From Bdellovibrionales bacterium (GTDB lineage: Bacteria; Bdellovibrionota; Bdellovibrionia; Bdellovibrionales; UBA1609): DNA of 64,000 nucleotides. The notes beneath the pieces were generated by a model, which had not been told where the DNA came from, ran no database searches, and was given only the letters and a program-made list of their open reading frames with translations. Shown here piece by piece: positions 57,039 through 64,000 of the stretch. Positions within the stretch are counted from its first letter, which is position 1. Each line of letters begins with the position of its first letter. The stretch is from NCBI GenBank assembly GCA_965204055.1, contig OZ241967.1:1252286-1316285 (forward strand), in the 5' to 3' direction. Both the position numbers and the translations under genes were made by a program.

Positions 57039-59633
57039 TCATTTCGTTCTCTGTTCAAATTCTTTTATCCAATTTTTAAGGGATTCAAAGTCTTTTTTTA
57101 ATTCTTCAGGTCCAGGTATATTATTAATTACTTCGTTGGTGGAAGAATGCAGAGGTTTTGAATATTTTGTCATCAAGTCATCCAAAAAATCACAATCTTT
57201 TTCTTTATTGATTTTAGAAAGGTGCTTTATTTTATTTAAAGTGTGAATGTGTCTTCTGTGTCGTTTTACTATATCCATAAGTAAAACAGATTCAATTGTG
57301 TTTTCAATAGTGATTCTAAAATCACTACAAAGCCCTATTGCGATTTTATTATATTCATCTTTACCTTTATTTTCCAAACATTCTTTAGCTTGAGGTAGGT
57401 TTTTTATTAAAGAATCTAAAGCTTGTTTTAGGTTTTTCTTAGAAAATGGAATATCCCCTGGGTCGCCTGTTCCCCAAGGTTCTTTTTTCACACATACAGT
57501 ATTGAGCTCTATATCTTTTTTTTTCGCATATTCTTGAATAAGACCAAAGAAGGATAGCCGATGCGTAAACACAATGACTTGTCGTTCTTGAGATAACTCT
57601 ACAAGACGCTTAGCGACTGCTTCTTCATAGTTTTGATCTAATGAAGATATAGGATCATCAAAAACGAACGGAGCTGAATTTTGCCCCCCTGTTACATCAG
57701 CAAGAAATGCTGAAAGGGCAACAATGCGAGATTCTCCTTCACTGAGAATATCTTCTGCTTTTACTGAAGAATGTAGTGGACTTATGTCCTTTAATTTTAT
57801 CTTATGGAGTGCTTTGCCTTTTACTACCTTTGATTTAGAAAGCTCAACTTTTATCTTTTCAGCTTCTAATTTTTTCAACTCAGTGTTGAATCTATCAATA
57901 AAATCTTTAGTAATTAATTGTTCTGATAATTCACTTTTCTTTTTCGATAAAGATGTTGTGTTTGTTAACTGTTTAGCAGATTGAAGTAAATAAATATTTT
58001 GCAATCTTTTTATCTCTTCTTTTATTAAAGTTACTTGTTCGGCAAGCCATTTCTTAGCTTTTAACTGTTTTTGTTTGGACAGTAAATTTTCCTTATTATC
58101 TTTTTTCGCGTCTTCATCATATTGTGTTGCTTTTTGCTCATTATCCACAATAGTTTGTTTAATTTCTTTTTTCCAATGTTCAAAAGAAGGCAGAGGGGAA
58201 AAATCAGGTGGAATTGCAGAATCAGTTAATTGCTGTTTTCTTTTTTCTAAAGTAACATATAGGGTTTTTAACTCTGTATTACTATCTGATTGCAATCCAC
58301 TTGCGTCAATTTTAGTCGCAAGTGCTGGTTTGGTGAGAATATTGGGCAACATCTTTATAGCTTGTTCCAACGCTTCTTTTTTGTTTTCTACATCTTTTTG
58401 TGATTTGCCTTTTATAAACTCTTCAAAAGATATAAATCTTTTTTTTGCATCATCATCCAATTTCTGGTGGCATAAAACACACAAAGCGTCATCTGACACA
58501 ACAGGAAAAGATTGTTTTTTATAAGCTTCATGCTCAGAATAAGCTTTGGCATATTTCCAAAGCTGTTTCCAAGTTTCACTACCAACTCCACTTAAAGGTG
58601 ATTGTTCAAACAGTTTACCTGCCACCACTTTTGCTGTTTCTTGAGCTGTGATAATTTCTTTTTTAAGGTGATTAATATTACTACATTTTTCATCAGAAAA
58701 ATTGTCTGTAAGATTATTTGTAGTATCTCTCAATTCCTGTAAATGTTTGTTTTGTTTTCTGATTTCTGTTGCTTTTTTTACAGGATCTTTTTGGGTAAGT
58801 CGCTGTTGCAATTCCTGTAACTGATTTTGATCTTCTGTTGTCCATAAGCAGTATTTATTTACTTCTTCTTCAGAGGTATTTGTGGATAAATTATTATACC
58901 ATTTTGCTTCTTCTGTATCTTTGTATTCGTCTGGGCATCTTGGTTTTTTATTTAGGTGTTTTTCTTTTTCAGTTTCTATTGTTGAGGATATTTCTTCGCA
59001 TACCTTAACAAGATACGAAAAAAAAGATAAAATTTGTGGTTCATAAGTGATTTCGTTTTCATTTTCCACATAAACTTGTCCACATGAAGTATCAAAAACA
59101 CTTATGGCTCTTAAATCACCAATTCCTGTATTAGGTGTTTTCCATTCTATATTTTTTGTTTCCTTTCCTTTTTGATAAAAAATAGTGCATTTTTGTTCAG
59201 CTCCAGAGTTTGTATGAACATTTGGCAAAATATTTGAGCAGGATTTTGCTCCACAGATATTTTTTAAAATTCGCACATACCCTGACTTTCCAGAACCATT
59301 TAGACCATAAACAACAGAGAGATTTGCTGTTCCAAAATTCAGAGGTTCTTTAGGGGATAGAGCATTAATTCCTTTTATGTCTGAGATATATTTTAATTTA
59401 ATCAAATCACTGGTGTTTTTATAATTTAACAATTTTTCTATTGGTATATCATTATTTGGTTCATTTTGTGGTTTTTTAACTTCGTTTACACAATATTTAT
59501 AAAGTTCCCTATAGTCTTCCTCACTTAGTTTTCCTTTATCAAGGATGAGTATAGCGGTTTTTTGAAGCCACTTAGGTTGTCTTTCTTGAAACCATTTTTT
59601 TAATACATCTATGTTCATATTTTTAGTCTCCAT
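57039..59633 (-). CDS. Rad50/SMC-like ABC ATPase with zinc hook (AAA_13 / RloC-like)
   Basis: GLNGSGKSG, coiled coil, CVLC hook, LSEGE, FDDPISSLD, FTH, then a C-terminal helical domain. Confidence 0.78.
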   Translation of the reverse strand: METKNMNIDVLKKWFQERQPKWLQKTAILILDKGKLSEEDYRELYKYCVNEVKKPQNEPNNDIPIEKLLNYKNTSDLIKLKYISDIKGINALSPKEPLNFGTANLSVVYGLNGSGKSGYVRILKNICGAKSCSNILPNVHTNSGAEQKCTIFYQKGKETKNIEWKTPNTGIGDLRAISVFDTSCGQVYVENENEITYEPQILSFFSYLVKVCEEISSTIETEKEKHLNKKPRCPDEYKDTEEAKWYNNLSTNTSEEEVNKYCLWTTEDQNQLQELQQRLTQKDPVKKATEIRKQNKHLQELRDTTNNLTDNFSDEKCSNINHLKKEIITAQETAKVVAGKLFEQSPLSGVGSETWKQLWKYAKAYSEHEAYKKQSFPVVSDDALCVLCHQKLDDDAKKRFISFEEFIKGKSQKDVENKKEALEQAIKMLPNILTKPALATKIDASGLQSDSNTELKTLYVTLEKRKQQLTDSAIPPDFSPLPSFEHWKKEIKQTIVDNEQKATQYDEDAKKDNKENLLSKQKQLKAKKWLAEQVTLIKEEIKRLQNIYLLQSAKQLTNTTSLSKKKSELSEQLITKDFIDRFNTELKKLEAEKIKVELSKSKVVKGKALHKIKLKDISPLHSSVKAEDILSEGESRIVALSAFLADVTGGQNSAPFVFDDPISSLDQNYEEAVAKRLVELSQERQVIVFTHRLSFFGLIQEYAKKKDIELNTVCVKKEPWGTGDPGDIPFSKKNLKQALDSLIKNLPQAKECLENKGKDEYNKIAIGLCSDFRITIENTIESVLLMDIVKRHRRHIHTLNKIKHLSKINKEKDCDFLDDLMTKYSKPLHSSTNEVINNIPGPEELKKDFESLKNWIKEFEQRTK

Positions 59634-59735
59634 TGGGCAATAAGCTTTTGTCTCACAATCTCCATCATCCTGCGTTATTTGTCATTCTGGCGAAAAAGAG
59701 GGTTGATTACAAGAGGCAGAAACATTATTTTCTCC

Positions 59736-60554
59736 TTAAAATCCGTCTTTGTCTTTATATCCTGGGGCTAATTTTAAATCAGCTGATTGAGAAACTTTTT
59801 TAACATTTTCCAGGGCATATTGATACTGCGGACCTCTTAACCTGGCATTTGCTGAACAATCAACATTCCAAAGCTGAAGAAAATACCCAGCCATAGCCGC
59901 ACGAATTTTAATATTATGAGTATTGGAGTGTATAATGTTAGAGTTTTTTACCTTGTGAGGATGTTTTTTTATTTTTAAATCAATAAACAAGTGCCATTGC
60001 TTATCATTATTTGGGTGTTCATGTTCTTTTATGATATCTTTTTTAATGGGTTTTACTTTTAAAATTCTTCTAAAAACAAAATCAGCATATCGGTTTCTTT
60101 TTCTATCGTATGCACGCAAATGCCAGCGGAGCTGAGTATTGGCAAAAGCCACAGGAACAATTTGCCGTTTGGGTACTGCACTATGGGATAAAGAAGCATA
60201 AGTGATTTCCAGTGATTGTGTTTTTTGAATAGCTCTTGAAATTATAGCAATTCTGTCAATCTCATCAATATCAATTTGTTTATTTAATGTAGGTATAGTG
60301 TATACTGGAATACGCTCAAGAAACATTTGCATATTGAAAATAGGATTGAAAGTTTTACTCATTTCATAACTTTTTAAATGTATATTATAATCAAGGTTTT
60401 TTGGAGCAATTTGATTATACTTAGATAATATATTTGTAGCAGATGCCGCAGACACATTAAATTTTTTCATAATATCTTCCCGATTTATAATGCCATGAAA
60501 ATATACAAGGGACTCAATAAATTTTAATTTTTTTATATCTTTATCTTGGTTCAT
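59736..60554 (-). CDS. WYL-domain regulator (BrxR/CapW-like)
   Basis: N-terminal wHTH; ITYASLS..R.IVP......RWHLRAYDRKR..YADFVF.RI; C-terminal RAAMAGYFLQLWNVDCS. Confidence 0.87.
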   Translation of the reverse strand: MNQDKDIKKLKFIESLVYFHGIINREDIMKKFNVSAASATNILSKYNQIAPKNLDYNIHLKSYEMSKTFNPIFNMQMFLERIPVYTIPTLNKQIDIDEIDRIAIISRAIQKTQSLEITYASLSHSAVPKRQIVPVAFANTQLRWHLRAYDRKRNRYADFVFRRILKVKPIKKDIIKEHEHPNNDKQWHLFIDLKIKKHPHKVKNSNIIHSNTHNIKIRAAMAGYFLQLWNVDCSANARLRGPQYQYALENVKKVSQSADLKLAPGYKDKDGF

Positions 60555-61110
60555 TCTTTTTTATACCTTCTGTATCATATAAAAACGCTTTATCAATTTC
60601 TTTAGATTTCAACACATATAACTTGAACTTTTGTTTGTATTTTAGAAACTTGTTGTTAGGGATTTGCTCTGTGTTACACATACAGATATTGTATTTTTCC
60701 TGTATGTTTTGCATTTTCTCATCCAAGGTATTGCTTTCATACTGTTGGATTCGTTTTTCAAGAAAATCTGCCTCCCTAAGCCAACTTCCCCAAATAGCCA
60801 CTGCTGATTCATGTTTTGCGATCTTGCATGTCCATTGAAATATGGTTTGATCCAAGCCCTGTAATACTGTTATTAAGAGAGGCAATAAACAAAGTAAAAA
60901 GAGTATAAAATCACCTTCTAATATTTTTCTGTAATAAAAATTAATTAAAGCAATCAGAAGCACAGAAAATAAAAGAATCAAAAACTCTTTCCAGTTTCTG
61001 TATTTAAGATGATGTGCTTTTAGTTCTGAGTGAGAATATCGGCACAGCTCCGCTTTAGATCTCAATTTTTTTAAAATTTGCTGGTTTAATTTTATATCAT
61101 TAGTTTTCAT
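60541..61110 (-). CDS. SLATT-like 2-TM protein, putative CBASS effector
   Basis: Helix with RYSH, two TM helices, then ..AKHESAVAIWGSWLRE..; fourth gene of the CBASS operon. Confidence 0.65.
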   Translation of the reverse strand: MKTNDIKLNQQILKKLRSKAELCRYSHSELKAHHLKYRNWKEFLILLFSVLLIALINFYYRKILEGDFILFLLCLLPLLITVLQGLDQTIFQWTCKIAKHESAVAIWGSWLREADFLEKRIQQYESNTLDEKMQNIQEKYNICMCNTEQIPNNKFLKYKQKFKLYVLKSKEIDKAFLYDTEGIKKNEPR

Positions 61111-61119
61111 TTAAACGGC

Positions 61120-62022
61120 CTACATATCATGTTTTACTGTTGAAGGGCTGGGTTTTATATCCAATACAGTTTTTTTCAAAATATCAAATGTGAGAGCTTT
61201 ATCCGGGAAAGATTGAGCAAGAGCTGAAGGGAAAAGTCGCAAGCGAAAATCTGAAAATGTATAACCATTATCTCCATAATGTCCCTGTGTTGTAGTTAAG
61301 TTTGCCAGTTCGTTAAATTGTTCTTCTGTTAATTTCATTCCTTGCAGATCATGCTTTAACAATTCTAAACATTGATCTTTATTTGGCCTGGAAAATTCTA
61401 TATGTAAAGAAGCTCGTCTGATAATAGCTTGATCTATGATATTTGCCCGATTGGTACAGAGAAATACAACTGCCCGGCCACCTATCTGACGAATATCATC
61501 AATTTTTTGTATTAGTGTATTGACAGCGGCTTTTTCTTCTTGGTGCATTTGCTCAGTGGACCTAAGTGAAGCAATAGAATCTGCCTCATCTATTAACAAA
61601 AACGCCAAGCGTTTTTTTCCAGCTTGAGTGGTCAGCTTTTCAAAAGCATCTTGAATGAGTTGACTCATTTCTCCGTGCAAACCTTTTCCTCTTACCCGTG
61701 TGCTGAGTTTAAGTAAAAATCCGTCTTTTTTCATATCTTGCACTAAACGATTGGCTACGCATTCTGCTGTAACAGTTTTTCCAGTTCCCACATCTCCGCT
61801 AAAAAGAAACAATGGATATCTATGTTGAACTATATCACATAATGGGATTATTTTTTTATAATACTTTTTGCTCCACTCATTTACATGATCCGGAAAAAGC
61901 ATTGTTGTTAAATAATTTTTTAATACTTTATAATGTGTTTCAAAACCGATAAGTGTTTTGGTGATATTTTCCAACTTAGATGACGGAAGCTCTTGCTGAA
62001 TATCAAAATGATTTTGTGACAT
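61120..62022 (-). CDS. cap6: TRIP13/Pch2-like AAA+ ATPase (CBASS Cap6)
   Basis: GDVGTGKT, RVRGKGLHGEM, IDEADS, HQEEKAAVNTLIQ, TNR, D.A..RR. Confidence 0.9.
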   Translation of the reverse strand: MSQNHFDIQQELPSSKLENITKTLIGFETHYKVLKNYLTTMLFPDHVNEWSKKYYKKIIPLCDIVQHRYPLFLFSGDVGTGKTVTAECVANRLVQDMKKDGFLLKLSTRVRGKGLHGEMSQLIQDAFEKLTTQAGKKRLAFLLIDEADSIASLRSTEQMHQEEKAAVNTLIQKIDDIRQIGGRAVVFLCTNRANIIDQAIIRRASLHIEFSRPNKDQCLELLKHDLQGMKLTEEQFNELANLTTTQGHYGDNGYTFSDFRLRLFPSALAQSFPDKALTFDILKKTVLDIKPSPSTVKHDM

Positions 62023-62030
62023 TAACCCTC

Positions 62031-62516
62031 CTATAAATTTACAAAAGTATTGCGTTGCAATCCGTAACCATTACTTGAGTAGAATCTACTGCTTTCTTCT
62101 TGCATTTCAGAGTAGTCAGTTGAAGAAGATGTAGGACTCCAATTTCTTTTTAATCGTCCTGATTCTTTAAGTTTTTTAGCCTTATTATGATCAGAGTATT
62201 CAATAAGTATATGTAGCTTGCCATCAGGCAAGCATGGCCATCTGTTCCCCCCTGGTCTTTGAGAATTTAATAACATATTTTCTTGGACAGAATACCTATG
62301 AACTCTTACCAGATCTTCATAGCGGTTGTATAATCGTATATGAATATACTCTAAACATTTTTCTTCAGCCATTAAACGAATATCATCAGCACATTCATTT
62401 GCCCGGCCCCGTTCCATTGCCTGTGTTCTTAAAGCAAGCATTAATAAATCTGCTTGGAAATTTTCAAAAGCTCTACGAATATCTGTTTTAGTATATGTTT
62501 GTGTAAAAGTACTCAT
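62031..62516 (-). CDS. Bacterial HORMA-domain protein (CBASS Cap7-like)
   Basis: Thr-rich N-terminus MSTFTQTYT, ADL, RPGG..W, W.P.S, YSSNGYGLQR; lies between the CD-NTase and TRIP13. Confidence 0.85.
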   Translation of the reverse strand: MSTFTQTYTKTDIRRAFENFQADLLMLALRTQAMERGRANECADDIRLMAEEKCLEYIHIRLYNRYEDLVRVHRYSVQENMLLNSQRPGGNRWPCLPDGKLHILIEYSDHNKAKKLKESGRLKRNWSPTSSSTDYSEMQEESSRFYSSNGYGLQRNTFVNL

Positions 62517-62522
62517 TATGTT

Positions 62523-63470
62523 TTACTCCTCAATATTAAAACCTGGTCCAAAAATTTCTTTCCATAGTTCTAATGTTTTTCCAGTTTCCTGCACAGCTTG
62601 AGCATAGGATAAGGTGTCAAAAGCAGTTTCGGCTGTTCTTATAATTTCATTCCATTCTCTGTCGGGCATCTCGATAGTATTGTTTTCGTTATTTGTGGGG
62701 TCGGCTATCCAAGGGGTGTCGCTTGATTGTGATCCAATAGCATTTTGGAAGTACACTTTAACAGGATTACCATTTCCTAAAAATTCAAAAAACATAATTA
62801 TTGTATGGCTTATTGATGAGGAGTGGGATACCTTTCCTGTCTCAATCAAATAAGCTACTATTAATTCAATAGAAAAAGAAGAAAGCTCCAGTTCTTTATA
62901 ATTTCTCCAGGTTTTTAGAATACGCACAACATCGGTAAAGTTTGAATATTTTTCTTTTATTTTATTTGTAAAATCCAATTGTTTATCAACACTGGTTTTA
63001 AAGTTACCTGAGTTTAACTTTTTTCGAGGTTGTCTGCCATAGGTTGTGTTACCTTTTTCTGGGATAAATGGCACAATATCAACTTCAAGGCCGGAGCCTT
63101 TAAACACAACTCCGACAGTTTTTTTGCCATCGGTAAAATCAGACTTTTGCTTATTAGGATATGCTTTGCACAATACTTTAATCAGCTCTTCTCGCAATTC
63201 TTTGGCATCAAATGAAACCTGCTCTTCAAGATTCAAGTAAAATATCATATCTATATCAAGAGGGTAATTTCCTTTTGGAGCCAGAGCAGTACCCTTTTTC
63301 CATGATCCTGCTCTTTTTGCTTTTATTACTTTGGTGTTTTCCATATTGTTTATGGCATTGGAAATATTGCTTTTTAGATGATCAATTTGTTGGGCATAAG
63401 AGGCTTTTTGCCCCTGGGTGAGTTTGATTCGGTTTACATGGTTGCTTAATTGTTGGTTTGTATATTCCAT
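62523..63470 (-). CDS. CD-NTase (cGAS/DncV-like, CdnC-like)
   Basis: AGSWKKGTAL..DID, GLEVDIVP, VRILKTWR, SFSIEL, IADPTN.ENN, W..IFG..F; GAGGAGGG RBS. Confidence 0.92.
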   Translation of the reverse strand: MEYTNQQLSNHVNRIKLTQGQKASYAQQIDHLKSNISNAINNMENTKVIKAKRAGSWKKGTALAPKGNYPLDIDMIFYLNLEEQVSFDAKELREELIKVLCKAYPNKQKSDFTDGKKTVGVVFKGSGLEVDIVPFIPEKGNTTYGRQPRKKLNSGNFKTSVDKQLDFTNKIKEKYSNFTDVVRILKTWRNYKELELSSFSIELIVAYLIETGKVSHSSSISHTIIMFFEFLGNGNPVKVYFQNAIGSQSSDTPWIADPTNNENNTIEMPDREWNEIIRTAETAFDTLSYAQAVQETGKTLELWKEIFGPGFNIEE

Positions 63471-63680
63471 TATACCCCTCCTCTTCTTTTCATGTTAATT
63501 AGCCGGGCATGAAAAATCTTTTTTATACAGCTACAAAGCCAAGTTGTTGGCTTTTTAGTCCCGCGCAGGCGGGAATCTTGTTGAAGAAAATGTGCCATCC
63601 TTTTTTCCTCTTTATCACAAATCATTAACTATACCCTCCTTTTTATAGGATTCAATTTTTTATATTAAAATTTATAATGG

Positions 63681-63715
63681 TCTTAAAATTTAAGATAATA
63701 AAATCAAAGTGTCAA
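63681..63715 (-). promoter_or_regulatory. Putative sigma70 promoter of the CBASS operon with an overlapping palindrome
   Basis: Minus strand TTGACA-17 nt-TAAATT; the inverted repeat TCTTAAA-A-TTTAAGA (63681-63695) covers the -10 box. Confidence 0.5.
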
Positions 63716-63886
63716 CAGCTAAAAGCAGAAAAATCTCATTTTTTAGATTCATTTGGATAAATCTATAAGTATTTAATTTAAAAGGAGAATATTAAAATTA
63801 TAAACAGTGTTTTTCAGGTTTTTGATGCTAAGCATAAAATTTTTCTTGAATTATAATGAATTTTGTGCGATAAATACATCATACCA

Positions 63887-63943
63887 CCAGTTACGGCTTT
63901 CGAGTCGGCTGGCCCCGGGAGCCTGAGCGACCGGGTTTTTTTT
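63887..63943 (+). other. GC-rich double stem-loop plus T-tract upstream of the NYN gene
   Basis: CCAG..CGGCT-TTCG-AGTCG..CTGG, then CCCGG..CCGGG, then a T run. Confidence 0.5.
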
Positions 63944-63954
63944 ACCTTGTTTAT

Positions 63955-64000
63955 ATGAAAAAAGTTATAGTTTTTATAGATGGTTTCAACCTTTATCATT
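63955..64000 (+). CDS. NYN/LabA (DUF88) domain protein, 5' end only
   Basis: MKKVIVFIDGFNLYH, the typical NYN N-terminal IDGxN motif; absent from the ORF track because it is cut by the window edge. Confidence 0.7.
   Translation, partial: MKKVIVFIDGFNLYH

Noticed and set aside
63814-63999. 61-aa minus-strand ORF at the right edge
   Set aside because: Antisense to the better-supported NYN start and its upstream structure.

Overview
AT-rich bacterial window. A Bdellovibrionota/Oligoflexia-like organism is my inference from gene content only. The left half (1-31.8 kb) is mostly housekeeping (PutA-type proline dehydrogenase domain, lnt, NamZ-like, holB, tmk, epmA, bioA, secG, plsC, TraB/GumN, trpS) plus a type II RM pair. 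It is heavily invaded by a modular MITE family sharing ends with an internally deleted IS5 element, by short tandem amplifications inside genes, and by two copies of an unexplained 'leader + 82/88-bp hairpin array + fixed terminus' element. The right half (32-64 kb) is a dense defence island. It holds a RelE/HigB-HTH-SecB toxin-antitoxin-chaperone triad, then a type I RM operon (HTH-HsdM, MNT-HsdS fusion, HsdR, YgjP) carrying cargo genes (NDT/TIR-like, HEPN, OLD-type nuclease, ATPase+DUF4276, AAA_14). Converging on it is a minus-strand block: type III CBASS (CD-NTase, HORMA, TRIP13, SLATT-like 2TM effector), BrxR/CapW-like WYL, RloC-like ATPase, a nonsense-split membrane protein, HipA-like kinase with a HipS-like partner, Fic, an orphan HsdR and YgjP. 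The best novelty candidates are the HEPN toxin whose MNT antitoxin is fused to HsdS (a possible RM-guarding device), the modular 88-bp arrays, and a structured RNA-like element before a NYN gene at the right edge. All calls come from reading motifs by eye; no database searches were run.
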